Below are positions 28,894-39,244 of a stretch of DNA of 64,000 bases, one piece after another. Position 1 is the stretch's first letter, and every line of letters begins with the position of its first letter. The translations under genes and the position numbers were made by a program. The notes below the pieces were generated by a model that searched no databases, was not told the origin of the DNA, and saw only the letters and a program-made list of their open reading frames with translations. The DNA is from a virus, in the IMG/VR virus record IMGVR_UViG_3300032954_000005, positions 1-64,000 of that record, one strand, 5' to 3'.

Positions 28894-29880
28894 ATGAAAC
28901 CAGGCGCGATCGTTCAGCTCAGGTCGGGAGGGCCGCCGATGACGGTCCTCCGCGTTTATAGCAACAACGTCGTTCAATGCCGGTGGTTTAGCGGCAACGA
29001 CATGCGCGTAGACATGCTTCCCCTGGCGACGTTAAAGGAGATGGTGACATCCTCGCCGCTCCTCGCTGCCCCGTACGGCGCGGCCTCGGGCGCCCGCCGG
29101 TACGGCGCGCGCAAGGACGCGGCGGACGTGCGCGACCTCAGGCTCAGCCTGAGCGCGCTGTCGCCGCTGCCTACGCCGCCGTCGCATGACGAGTCGCGGT
29201 GGCTGGGCCCGGTGCGCGATCAGGGGGCGGAGTCGTCGTGCGTCGGCCACGCCTGGGCCGCGCACGCCAGTTGGCTGTTTAACAAGTTTGGCGATAAGGG
29301 GTCGCTCGACTTCAGCCCTCAGTTTCTTTATTACCTCGCGCGCCAGCTCGAGGGGACGCTTCCCGCTGACGGCGGGTGCCAGGTGCGGTCGGGCGCGAAG
29401 GCGCTTAATCAGTACGGGGCGGCGCTGGAGACGGACGACCCCTACGAGGCGTCGACCCTGAACCAGGCGCCGACGATCGCGGCCGTCAAGGACGCGCTCA
29501 ATTTCAAGGGCGGCGCGTACCATCGCCTCACGAGCGTTCTCGACATGAAGGCGTGCCTCGCCTCGGGCTACGCGTTCGTAGACGGGATCGAGGTCTACGC
29601 CAGCTTCGAGTCGGCGGCGGTCGCGCGATCGGGCGAGGTGCCGCTGCCTAACGCCGCGGCGGGTGAGTTCTACTTAGGCGGCCACTGCGTGCTGACGTTC
29701 GGGTACGACGACAACCACGTGAACCTGGACTCGACACGCGGCGCGTTCCACAAGCGCAACTCGTGGGGCGCGGCGTGGGGAGAGGGCGGGGACTTCTGGC
29801 TTCCGTACGCTTACATGCAGAAGTACCTGATGGACGCCTGGGTCCTGCACCTCGGGCCGGCGTGGGTAAAAAAGCCGTGA
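28894..29880 (+). CDS. Papain-like C1 cysteine peptidase with N-terminal DUF2158/YodC-like domain
   Basis: DQGAESSCVGH (Gln/Cys), GGHCV (His), KRNSWG..WG..G (Asn); N-terminal GAIVQLRSGGPPMTV...VQCRWF. Confidence 0.85.
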   Translation: MKPGAIVQLRSGGPPMTVLRVYSNNVVQCRWFSGNDMRVDMLPLATLKEMVTSSPLLAAPYGAASGARRYGARKDAADVRDLRLSLSALSPLPTPPSHDESRWLGPVRDQGAESSCVGHAWAAHASWLFNKFGDKGSLDFSPQFLYYLARQLEGTLPADGGCQVRSGAKALNQYGAALETDDPYEASTLNQAPTIAAVKDALNFKGGAYHRLTSVLDMKACLASGYAFVDGIEVYASFESAAVARSGEVPLPNAAAGEFYLGGHCVLTFGYDDNHVNLDSTRGAFHKRNSWGAAWGEGGDFWLPYAYMQKYLMDAWVLHLGPAWVKKP

Positions 29881-30476
29881 GCGGCTCCGACCTTAGCACC
29901 GCGGAGGCCGTCGCCTTTTTAACGATGGTGACGGTGACGGCCGCAGTGGTGGCCGTGGCGGCGGCGCTCGTGGTAGGCGCCGTCGTCTTAAGGATAATCA
30001 GGTGAGCGAACTTTGCCACAACCCGCCGCGCGTTGACTGCGCGGCGTGCTGCGCGCTGGTCAACCAAAGAAACGCCGCGCAGCGCGCGTGCCCGCACTGC
30101 CTGAGCGGACACGGCACGCTCGTCTGCGACTGCGGGTGCCCGCACGCCGACCACGTGCGCGGCGGCGGGTGTCGTAGGCATAACGACTGCGACGCGTACA
30201 GCCAGCGGCTCCTGAACAGGCGCGCGGGTGTAGACAAGAGCGCGCCGCTGGCCGCACGGCGCAGCGCTGCCTTGGAGGACGTATGAGTTTGAATCAAAAC
30301 GAAGAGCTTCAGGGTGTTGGATGCTACTGCTGCGGTGCGCCGTTTGAGAACGGTAATAAGACCTGCGACTGCACGCTCGCGATGTGCCAAGATACGTCGG
30401 GATTGCGTTGCTGCAACTGCTGCGAGCACGGGCACCCGGAGCTAGTAACGAATCTATCTTAAGAAAGCGAGGACAA

Positions 30477-30908
30477 GTGAAGAAGGTTGAGGAGTTCAAG
30501 GTTCCCAAGCAGCTGCCGAAGTCGCTGGCGCAGTGCGCCGACCTCCTGTACCTGGCGCGGCAGCAGCGGCTCGAGGTGCAGAAGCGGGTGGACGCGATCC
30601 AGGAGCTTGAGGTGAGGCTCAAGGACAGGATCATCGCGGAGCTCCCGAAGTCCGAGGCCTCGGGGATCAGTGGGCGCGTGGCGCGGGCGCAGCTCGACCG
30701 CAAGTCCGTTCCCCAGGTGTCGGAGGAGGCGGGCGGGTGGCCCGCTTTCTACGCGTTCGTCGCGCGGGAGAAGGCGTTTGACCTCCTGCAGCGCCGCTTG
30801 AACGAGGCGGCGGTGAAGGAGCGGTGGGAGAACAAGAAGCGAGTGCCGGGCGTGACGGCGTTTCACGTCGTCACCGTCAGCTGCACGAAGCTGGGAGGGA
30901 AGAAATGA
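30477..30908 (+). CDS. Conserved-looking phage replication-module protein
   Basis: GTG 30477 after GAGGA; W.AFYAFV....AFDLLQRRLN..AVKERW pattern. Confidence 0.65.
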   Translation: MKKVEEFKVPKQLPKSLAQCADLLYLARQQRLEVQKRVDAIQELEVRLKDRIIAELPKSEASGISGRVARAQLDRKSVPQVSEEAGGWPAFYAFVAREKAFDLLQRRLNEAAVKERWENKKRVPGVTAFHVVTVSCTKLGGKK

Positions 30909-32110
30909 ATTCGGACCTTAAAAGCTTAGAAATTCTACGCGTGCTTGAGGGGCGCGCGCGCCTAAAGGGCGCAGAGAGCTTCGTGAAGCGCTTAAGCGAA
31001 ACCGGCTGTTGGTTTCAGGCCGATTATCTCTACCAAGCAAGGAAGCGCGTGCTGCGCCGGCGGCGGTTCGTCGCCACGCGGCGATACCGGTACCCGCGGG
31101 GGTCTCGGTGAGCAACGTGGAGAAGCTCGTGGCGACGCTTCAGAAGGACAAGGAGCTTGAGCGCCGCCTGCTTAGGCTATCGCCTAACGACCATGCCGCG
31201 ATCGCACGGGCGCTTCAGCAGAACCCGGTCACGGCGGCGCAGCTGAGGCTCCTTTACGACCGCGTCGCCGTGGCGAAAACCTCCGACGAGGTGATCAACC
31301 TTCTCGGCGCGGCGCTTCAGTTCGGGGTCACGCTAGGGTACCTGATCGGGAAACCGGAGGAGCTGTATGCCGTCTGACGTGAACGCGGCGATCGAGCGTG
31401 AGCGGCTCGTACGTCTGCAGGAGCTTTATGAGGCGCGGCGCGCCCAGTGGCGGCGCGAGGCCGCGGCGCACGTCTGGCGGTGCGACCTTTCGCGGGAGCG
31501 TCCAGGCTTTTGGAGGCGTTTAATTCAACGATGGAGGACGAAGTGAAAACGGAAATCTACCGGGAGGGTGACCTCCTGATTATTCAGCGGCAGGCTGAGC
31601 CGTTTAGCGGCGCGCTGCTGGTGCTTCCCGCGCAGCGGGTGCACCTCGACGACGGGAAGCTTAGCTACCAGGGAAACGCGGTACGACTTTACGAAAGGAG
31701 GAAAGATGGCGCAGCGCGCTAAGACGAAGCTTCCGCCCAAGACGATGAAGTTCGAGGTGTGGGTCGACGACAAGCCCGCGGACGGCGAAGACTACCTGGC
31801 GACCGCCGACATCGCTGACCGCTTAAAGAACGTGGACCTAGGCGTGGCCGGGGTCAGCGTGGGGCGCGCGCTGTTTCAGAACAACGTCACGCGTAACGGC
31901 GACGCCACGCCGGAGCCTGAGCGATGAATAGTGAAGAACGTTTACGGCGCATCGCCTTTTACGCGAATAAGGTGCTAGAGATTTCACTCCTTAATACGCG
32001 TGTGAGCTACCTAGCTGACAATATTCGCATGTTGGCGGTCGCGTCTGACCAAGTTCTTTTCGCTAATTTAACAAATTTCGCAGACTCAGATTTGAATAAG
32101 GAGAACGCAG

Positions 32111-32917
32111 ATGCCGACAAAGCAAAAACCAGTAACAAGTAACTCCCTAACCAAGTGGGACCAGCGCCTCGCTGACCTCGCCAAGAAAAAGGTGCAGACG
32201 GTCGCCGACATCGGGGGCGGCGCGTTCATCTCGATCAAGGCGGGCGTGATGACGTGGAACGGCGCCGAGATCCCCGGAAACAAGGCGAACGTCGTGATCC
32301 TGTGCGACACGAAGGAGAACGACTACTACACGGGCGGGTTCGACCCGGACAACATCGCCGTCCCGGACTGCTTCGCGTTCGGGCAGACGCTCGCCGAGAT
32401 GCGCCCACACGAGCTGGCGACGAACCCCCAGGGCGGCGAGTCGGGCGGCTGCCGTGACTGCCCGCAGAACGAGTTCGGCACCTCGGATCGCGGGAAGGGG
32501 AAGGCGTGCCAAAATCGTATCCGCATGGCGCTGATCACGGAGGGCGACCTGAAGAAGGACATCGCTACCGCCGAAGTGGCGTACCTAAAGATCCCGCCGA
32601 CGTCCCTCAAGGGGTACGCGGGATACGTGCGCGATTTAGAAGCCACGTATCAGCGCCCGACGTTCGCCGTTGTGACTGAGGTGGCGGTCGTTCCCGACGC
32701 GAAGACGCAGCTCAAGGTAACGTTCAAGCTCGTGTCGACGATCGACGACGCCGACGTGCTTGAGCAGCTCTTCAACCGAAGCGAGCGGGTGGCGAAGGAG
32801 ATTGACTTCCCCTACCAGCCCATCGCGGAGGACGCCGCCCCCGCGCCGCGGAAGCCGCTCAAGGGGCAGCGCGCGCCCGCTCAGCCGGCGCAGCCCGCGC
32901 GCGGCGCGCGGCGGTAA
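32111..32917 (+). CDS. Putative ssDNA-binding/annealing protein
   Basis: YY...FDPDN...PDC, C..CPQNEFGT...GKGKAC.N; typical position upstream of the polymerase. Confidence 0.65.
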   Translation: MPTKQKPVTSNSLTKWDQRLADLAKKKVQTVADIGGGAFISIKAGVMTWNGAEIPGNKANVVILCDTKENDYYTGGFDPDNIAVPDCFAFGQTLAEMRPHELATNPQGGESGGCRDCPQNEFGTSDRGKGKACQNRIRMALITEGDLKKDIATAEVAYLKIPPTSLKGYAGYVRDLEATYQRPTFAVVTEVAVVPDAKTQLKVTFKLVSTIDDADVLEQLFNRSERVAKEIDFPYQPIAEDAAPAPRKPLKGQRAPAQPAQPARGARR

Positions 32918-33807
32918 AGGTGTCCAGCTGTTGGGACAGCAAAGGCTGTTTGTAGCGCGATTAGATCGTGTGCAACCAGTACAACTGCCAACGAATACGC
33001 AATGGCAGCTTAAAGTGACGGCAGGGGCGCGGACTAATACGCGCCCTGGTCGTTCGGAGGTTTTAATGTGAAAGAAGAGGCTTGTCCGCACTACAGCACC
33101 GTTACAGCGCGTACGTGCCGCGTTATGTTCTTTGAGTGCCGCGGCGCCGGGTGCTACTACCGCGGGTGCGAGCCGTGCATCGAGGAGCACGAACGAACGT
33201 GCCCAGAGGTGCTATTAACGCGAAAGCGCGAGGCGCCCGCGAAGGATGACGTATGAACGCGCCGAAGCGAACCCGCTTTCTTCATTCGCCCACGCCCGGC
33301 ACGCTCCTGTTTGAGCCGGGGCTGACGGTGAACCTGACGCTCTTACCGCATCCACGCCCGGTGCTTGGGCTGCTGTTCTGCCGGCACCGCGACCGCGGGC
33401 ACTTTACCTGGGTCAACGCGACAGCGCACTGGGCGGTGACGGGCGACTACTGCCGCGCGTGCTTCCGCGTGCTGCGGTGGGAAAGGATCTACTGATGAGC
33501 GACGACCGCTACGTGTGGATGAATGCGCGCTACCGCGGCCGGTGCCACGAGTGCAGGCGCGCGATCGCCACGGGCGAGCGCATGCTGTACGACGCCCTTG
33601 ACCGCGTGGCGTACTGCGAGGAGCACGGCGAGGAGATCCAGCCAGGAGTGGTGAAATGACAGAAAAGCAATGGGCCTTACTTTGTAGGTTTATGCTCACC
33701 GCGCTGCGCTTAATCGCATTGACCGCGGCTAAGCTTGAGGTCGAGATCGCCCAAGACGTCAGAGGTGATTTTTACCGGCTAAAGGAAGACCTAACAAGCG
33801 AGCTGAG

Positions 33808-35712
33808 ATGAGCGCGCCCAAGGTCACGATCGTCGACTTCGAGACGGAGCGGATTCAGCCGCGGCCGCACTATCCTCCTAAGCCCGTGGGCGTGGCGCTG
33901 CGCTACCCCGGGCGGCGGGCGAAGTACCTGGCGTGGGGGCACTCGTCGGGGAACAACACGACGCGCGACGCGGCCGTGCGCGAGCTGCGCGACGTGTGGC
34001 ACGGCGATCTTCTTTTTCAGCACGCGAAGTTCGACCTCGACGTGGCGGAGACCCACCTCGGGCTGCGCCCGCCGCCCTGGGACCGCGTTCACGATACGAA
34101 GTACCTTATCTTCTTCCGCGACCCGTACGCGCCGTCACTGTCGCTGAAGCCGAGCGCTGAGCGCCTCCTGGGCATCAAGCCCGAGGAGCGCGATCGCCTG
34201 CGGGAGTGGGTGCTCGGGCATGTGCCCGAGGCGCGCCGGAAGCCAACAGAGTGGGGCGCGTACATCGCGCGCGCCCCGGGGAACATCGTGGCGCCTTACG
34301 CGTGCCAGGATGTTGACGATACTGCAGCGCTGTTCGACCACCTGTGGCGTGAGGTGGTCGAGGGCTGGTCGATGCGTGAGGCGTACGACCGCGAGCGCCG
34401 GCTCATGCCGATCCTCCTTGAAAATGAGCGCGCGGGTGTGCGCGTCGACCTCGACGCGATGCGGCGCGACCTCGTCGTTTATAAGAAGGCGCTCGAGACG
34501 GCGGACGCGTGGCTACGTAAACGCTTAGGCCTACCAAGGGACGCAAACATCGACAGCGACCCGCTGATGGCGCAGGCGTTCGTCAACGCGCGGGTCGTTA
34601 CCGGCCTCAAGCGCACCGCGCCTACGAAGAAGTTTCCCGACGGGCAGCCGTCGGTGTCGGGAAAGAACCTCACGCCCGACATGTTCCTCGACCCGCAGGT
34701 GGCGTCGGCGTACGCATATCGCAATAAGCTGTCGACGTGCCTGGGGACGTTTCTTGAGCCCTGGATCGAGCTGGCGCAGGAGTCGGCTGGCGACCCGCGC
34801 ATACATACCTCGTGGAACCAGGTACGCGCGTCGGAGTCGGGTGGAAAGTCGTCGGAGGGCGCGCGCTCGGGCCGCATGTCGAACCAGCCCTCGCTGTCGA
34901 ACGTTCCCGTGGACTGGTCGAAGGCGAAGGGAGAGGGGTACGTCCACCCTGGGTTCCTCAAGGTTCCAAAGCTTCCGCTCATGCGCGTCTACTTCCTGCC
35001 CGACCCCGGGGAGCGGTGGGGAAAGCGCGACTACAACGGGCAGGAGCTGCGCATCCTCGCCCACTACGAGGACGGGCCGCTCCTCGCGCGTTATCAGGCG
35101 AACCCGCTCGTCGACATCCACCAGGAGGTGCGGGAGGGGTTCATTCAGTACGCGAACGTCGACCGCCCCAGAAAGTCGGTAAAAAACGCGAACTTCGCCG
35201 ACATCTACGGCGAGGGCATCGGCCAGCAGGCCACGACCCTGGGAATCAGCGTGGCGCAGATGCGTCTGCTGCGCCACATCAAGGACACGCAGCTCCTGCC
35301 CGGCGTGGCGTCGCTGCGCCACGAGCTGATGCGGATCTGGAAAACGGGCGGCGCGATTAGGACGCTGGGCGGGCGGGAGTACTACTGCGAGCCCGCGCGG
35401 TTCGTTAAAAAGCAGAACCGGGTGATGGACTTCGCGTACAAGGCGCTGAACTACCTCATCCAGCCCTCGGGGGCCGACATGATCAAGCAGTCGATCATCG
35501 ACTATCATGAGCACCCGAAGAGAGAAGCGCGGTGGCTGCTCTCGGTCCACGACGAGAACGACGCGTCGATGCCGCGGTCGAAGGCTGGGCACCGGGAGCA
35601 GCAGCGCGTCCTTGCCGAGGCGATGGAGGGCGCGTTTAAGCTCGACCTGAAGATTATTACGGACGGCGAGAGCGGGCCCAACTGGGCCAAGCTCGAAAAG
35701 TGGGAGGACTAG
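33808..35712 (+). CDS. DNA polymerase, family A (3'-5' exonuclease plus polymerase)
   Basis: ExoI DFET, ExoII HAKFD, ExoIII YACQD; motif A DYNGQELRILAH, motif B RKSVKNANFADIYG, motif C VHDE. Confidence 0.95.
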   Translation: MSAPKVTIVDFETERIQPRPHYPPKPVGVALRYPGRRAKYLAWGHSSGNNTTRDAAVRELRDVWHGDLLFQHAKFDLDVAETHLGLRPPPWDRVHDTKYLIFFRDPYAPSLSLKPSAERLLGIKPEERDRLREWVLGHVPEARRKPTEWGAYIARAPGNIVAPYACQDVDDTAALFDHLWREVVEGWSMREAYDRERRLMPILLENERAGVRVDLDAMRRDLVVYKKALETADAWLRKRLGLPRDANIDSDPLMAQAFVNARVVTGLKRTAPTKKFPDGQPSVSGKNLTPDMFLDPQVASAYAYRNKLSTCLGTFLEPWIELAQESAGDPRIHTSWNQVRASESGGKSSEGARSGRMSNQPSLSNVPVDWSKAKGEGYVHPGFLKVPKLPLMRVYFLPDPGERWGKRDYNGQELRILAHYEDGPLLARYQANPLVDIHQEVREGFIQYANVDRPRKSVKNANFADIYGEGIGQQATTLGISVAQMRLLRHIKDTQLLPGVASLRHELMRIWKTGGAIRTLGGREYYCEPARFVKKQNRVMDFAYKALNYLIQPSGADMIKQSIIDYHEHPKREARWLLSVHDENDASMPRSKAGHREQQRVLAEAMEGAFKLDLKIITDGESGPNWAKLEKWED

Positions 35713-35922
35713 AGTGAAGCACAAGGGCTGCGGCGGCGAGGTGATTTTCGATGCTGATGAGGTATTTTTCAAAGGATACCGCTTTACTGGAGAAGAGGCA
35801 AAGCAGTTCGGCGCGTTCGTTTCGGCGACTGTTTGCCTGAGATGCAAGCAAGAGGTTATCGGCGACCGCGATGATTGACCTGGGAGAGAACGAATTTATG
35901 TACAATGAGACGAAGGAGAAGA

Positions 35923-36627
35923 ATGCCAACCCCTAAGCTGGTGACGATTACGGCGTGGTCGTACTCGCGCTACAACGACTACGTAAAGTGCCCGGCGCTC
36001 GCGAAGTACAAGCATGTGCTGCGCATCCCCGAGCCCTCTAACCATGCCATGGAGCGTGGCGGCGTGATCGATCAGCTCGCGGCGGACTACGCGCTGAAGA
36101 AGTTGCCCGCAGCGCCCGTGCCCGCGGAGCTCGCGCGGTTCGCGGAGGAGTTCAAGCTGCTGCGCCGGGAGAAGTCGCTCGTGGCGCAGGCGGAGTGGGC
36201 GTTCACCGCGACGTTCGACCCCTGCGGGTGGAAGGACTGGGGGCGCGCCTGGGTCAGGATCAAGACGGACCTCCACTACCTGACGGGCAGGGGGAAGGCG
36301 TGCGTCGTCATCGACGTCAAGACTGGGCGCGAGTACCCGGAGCACAAGAAGCAGCTGTCCCTCTACGCCCTGGGGGCGTTCCTCACGTACCCGAACGTCG
36401 AGCGGGTAACGGTGGCCGATTGGTACGTTGACCAGGGAACGATCGGGGGGCCGGAGGCGTGGGAGTGCAATCAGCTCGACGCGCTGAAGCTGGAGTGGAT
36501 CAAGGCGACGAAGCGCCTCCTCAGTGACACGGCGTTCGCACCCACGCCCGGCCCGCAGTGCAAGTGGTGCTTCTTCCGGAGGAGCAACGCGGCGGCGGGC
36601 GGCGGGCAGTGCAAGTTTGACGGCTAA
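35923..36627 (+). CDS. PD-(D/E)XK Cas4-like exonuclease
   Basis: WSYSRY....KCP, KTD, IDVKTG, QLSLYA, C-terminal CKWC..C. Confidence 0.85.
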   Translation: MPTPKLVTITAWSYSRYNDYVKCPALAKYKHVLRIPEPSNHAMERGGVIDQLAADYALKKLPAAPVPAELARFAEEFKLLRREKSLVAQAEWAFTATFDPCGWKDWGRAWVRIKTDLHYLTGRGKACVVIDVKTGREYPEHKKQLSLYALGAFLTYPNVERVTVADWYVDQGTIGGPEAWECNQLDALKLEWIKATKRLLSDTAFAPTPGPQCKWCFFRRSNAAAGGGQCKFDG

Positions 36628-36634
36628 GGAGGGT

Positions 36635-36964
36635 ATGACGATGCGTTGCTTCTACTGTGGCACCGTGCTGACGACGGCCCCCGCGGCGCGCAGTCCGCGC
36701 CGGGCAAGTGTAGATCACCTTACGCCGTTGAGCCGGGGCGGGCGCGATAAGCGCAACAACAAGGTGCGGGCGTGCCAGGCGTGCAACCGCGACAAGGGTC
36801 CGCTGACGCTCGAGGAGTACCGCGTAATTAAGTTGTTTCGCGCGGGCAAGCTTAACACTAATAGCTTGGACAGTCTTCAACTTGTAGATCGCCCCTGTTA
36901 TGAGTTTTGGGGCGAGCGGCAGCTTCGTGAGCGGAAGGAAAAAAACGCTGAATGCGATTCATAA
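36635..36964 (+). CDS. HNH endonuclease
   Basis: CFYCG...VDHLTPLSRGG...N...ACQACN..K. Confidence 0.9.
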   Translation: MTMRCFYCGTVLTTAPAARSPRRASVDHLTPLSRGGRDKRNNKVRACQACNRDKGPLTLEEYRVIKLFRAGKLNTNSLDSLQLVDRPCYEFWGERQLRERKEKNAECDS

Positions 36965-37278
36965 TGAAGCGAGAGTCGGCGATCGAGCAGAACATCGTCA
37001 GCTACTCCCTGGAGAGGTACCGCGTGGGGTCGATCAAGCTCAACGTGATGTCGAACGCTGGTTACCCCGACCGCCTCTTCCTGTTCCCCAGGCGCCCGAC
37101 GTGGCTGGAGATCAAGAAGCCCGGGGAGGAGCCGACGCCCCTCCAGTACACGCGCCTCCAGGAGCTTGAACAGCTGGGCTACACGGCGGCGTGGGTCGAC
37201 AACGAGGCGGATGGGCGCGCGTTCGTCGATCGCTGCGCGACGTTGGCGTTACGCAAGAGGAAAGATGCTAAACGATAA
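36964..37278 (+). CDS. VRR-NUC nuclease
   Basis: ESAIE...GYPDR...WLEIK.PGE.PTPLQ. Confidence 0.85.
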   Translation: MKRESAIEQNIVSYSLERYRVGSIKLNVMSNAGYPDRLFLFPRRPTWLEIKKPGEEPTPLQYTRLQELEQLGYTAAWVDNEADGRAFVDRCATLALRKRKDAKR

Positions 37279-38755
37279 CGGAGCAATTACGCCGCAGGAG
37301 TGGAGGCCGGAGCCCTACCAGGTGCACGGCGTGGAGTTCTTGGTCGGGCAGGGCGCCGCGGGCCTCTTCTTCCCGCCCGGCATGCGAAAGACGTCGGTCG
37401 TGCTCAAGGCCCTGAAGACGCTGCGCGACGCCGAGCAGGTCGGGTCGGCGCTGGTGGTCGCGCCGCGCCGCCCCTGCCACCTCGTGTGGCCGCGTGAGAT
37501 CCAGAAGTGGCGTGAGTTCAACGACCTCACGTACGTCGTCCTTCATGGCCTGACCGAGAAGCAGCGCGGGCGCGCGCTCGAGGAGAAGGAGAGAAAAGAT
37601 TTATACATCATCAATCCGGACGGGCTCCCCTGGCTCCTCAAGGACAAGCTGCGGCTCCGCCGGCTGGGGATCGACGTGCTAATTGTGGATGAAAGTAGTA
37701 AGTTTAAGCACGCGAACACGCAGCGCTTCAAGCTGGTGAAGCCGTTCCTTCCGCAGTTCAAGCGGCGCTACATCATGACGGGAACGCCCAACCCGAACGG
37801 GTACCTCGACCTTTTCGGGCAGATCTACCTCCTCGACCTGGGGGCGGCGCTGAGCCCGTACTACTCGCACTACCGCAACACCTACTTCTACTCGGTCGAC
37901 AAGTTCGGCTGGAAGTGGAACCTGATGCCCGGCGCTGACCAGCTGATCCAGAGGCAGATCAAGCCGCTGATCCTCTGCCTCGACGACAAGGACTACATCA
38001 AGCTTCCGCGGTTCGTCGGGACGGCGGGCGACGCGACGGAGCACCAGATTCGGGTGGAGCTCCCGCCCGACGCGCGTAGAATCTACGACCAGCTCGAGGA
38101 AGACATGATCGCGCGCGTGGGGGGCGAGACCGTGCTGGCGGTGAACGCGGGTGTCGTCACCCAGAAGTGCGCGCAGGTGGCGAATGGTGGCATCTACTAC
38201 GATGAGGCGCCGGGGGCGGACCTGCGCGAGCGCGCGCCGCGCCGGACGGTGCAGCTGCACGACGCGAAGACCGAGGCGCTTCAGGAGCTGATCGACGAGC
38301 TGAACGGCGCGAGTCTTCTCGTGCTGTACGACTATCATCACGACCTGGAGCGGCTAGCAGCCGCGTTCTTTCCCAGGGTACCATTGAAGGACGTTCCCTA
38401 CATCGGCGGGCAGGTGACTGACCGGCGCACCGCCGAGCTGTGCGACCGCTGGAACGCGAACCAGCTCCCGCTTCTTCTCGGTCACCCCGCGGCGATGGGG
38501 CACGGGCTGAATCTCCAGGACGGCGGGCAGCACATCTGCTGGTACTCGATCCCGTGGGACCTCGAGCTGTACGATCAGACGAACCGCCGCGTCAGGCGTA
38601 GCGGGTCACGCCACGCGCGGGTGTTCGTTCACCACCTGGTGGCGGAGGCGACGGTGGACGTGGCGAAGATGGCGGCGCTGCGCCGCAAGGATAAGACCCA
38701 GCGCGGGCTCCTTGACGCGCTGCGGGAGTACATTGGCAAGAAGAAAGGACGATGA
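37265..38755 (+). CDS. SNF2-family helicase
   Basis: PGMRKT, IVDESS, MTGTP, GHGLNLQ, Q...RVRRSG. Confidence 0.9.
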   Translation: MLNDNGAITPQEWRPEPYQVHGVEFLVGQGAAGLFFPPGMRKTSVVLKALKTLRDAEQVGSALVVAPRRPCHLVWPREIQKWREFNDLTYVVLHGLTEKQRGRALEEKERKDLYIINPDGLPWLLKDKLRLRRLGIDVLIVDESSKFKHANTQRFKLVKPFLPQFKRRYIMTGTPNPNGYLDLFGQIYLLDLGAALSPYYSHYRNTYFYSVDKFGWKWNLMPGADQLIQRQIKPLILCLDDKDYIKLPRFVGTAGDATEHQIRVELPPDARRIYDQLEEDMIARVGGETVLAVNAGVVTQKCAQVANGGIYYDEAPGADLRERAPRRTVQLHDAKTEALQELIDELNGASLLVLYDYHHDLERLAAAFFPRVPLKDVPYIGGQVTDRRTAELCDRWNANQLPLLLGHPAAMGHGLNLQDGGQHICWYSIPWDLELYDQTNRRVRRSGSRHARVFVHHLVAEATVDVAKMAALRRKDKTQRGLLDALREYIGKKKGR

Positions 38756-39111
38756 CGATGTCGGGTTTCGTGGTAGTAAAACTGCGGTGGCCCAGGTCGG
38801 TGCCGCTTGACCAGATTAGCGAGAAGTTCCTGCAGGGCATGCTCGACCGCATGGCGATGGGGTTCCACACCTATGGTCATGTTATGCGTGACGAGAATGT
38901 GCCCGACGCACTGGCGTCCCTCGACGTGCGGCTGAAGAAGTACCGCGTCACCGGGAACACTGAGTTCCTGATGGACTGCGCGAACTTCTGCATGATGGAG
39001 TTTATGCGCCCGTCGGTCGAGGACGCGTACTTCGAGCCGACAACGAAGCGGGAGAGTCCGGGCGCGGTTCTCCTCGACAAGCGGCGGGTGAAAGGCAAGG
39101 AGGACTACTAA
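38752..39111 (+). CDS. Hypothetical protein, possibly an all-alpha nucleotide pyrophosphatase-like protein
   Basis: RMAMGFHTYG...GNTEFLMDCANFCMME; first gene of the nucleotide-modification cluster. Confidence 0.5.
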   Translation: MTMSGFVVVKLRWPRSVPLDQISEKFLQGMLDRMAMGFHTYGHVMRDENVPDALASLDVRLKKYRVTGNTEFLMDCANFCMMEFMRPSVEDAYFEPTTKRESPGAVLLDKRRVKGKEDY

Positions 39112-39244
39112 TGAAGATCGTACGGCCGTACATGCGAATGCTGACGACGGGCGACGTCTTATTCGTCAGGCACCGTCTTGCGTCGTACACCCAGGAGGAC
39201 ATCGAACCTGAGGGGCGCCAGATCGACAACCTAAGGAGGGCGCG

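Noticed and set aside
32925-32960. GGGACAGCAAAGGC resembling part of a c-di-GMP-I riboswitch
   Set aside because: Match is short; the upstream GGCAAAC and GNRA tetraloop elements are missing
34531-35847. 438-aa minus-strand ORF and similar antisense ORFs across the replication module
   Set aside because: Lie opposite well-supported genes such as the DNA polymerase; no RBS or recognisable domains
35923-36627. Cas4-like nuclease as evidence of a CRISPR system
   Set aside because: Solo Cas4-like exonucleases are common in phage replication modules; no array or other cas genes
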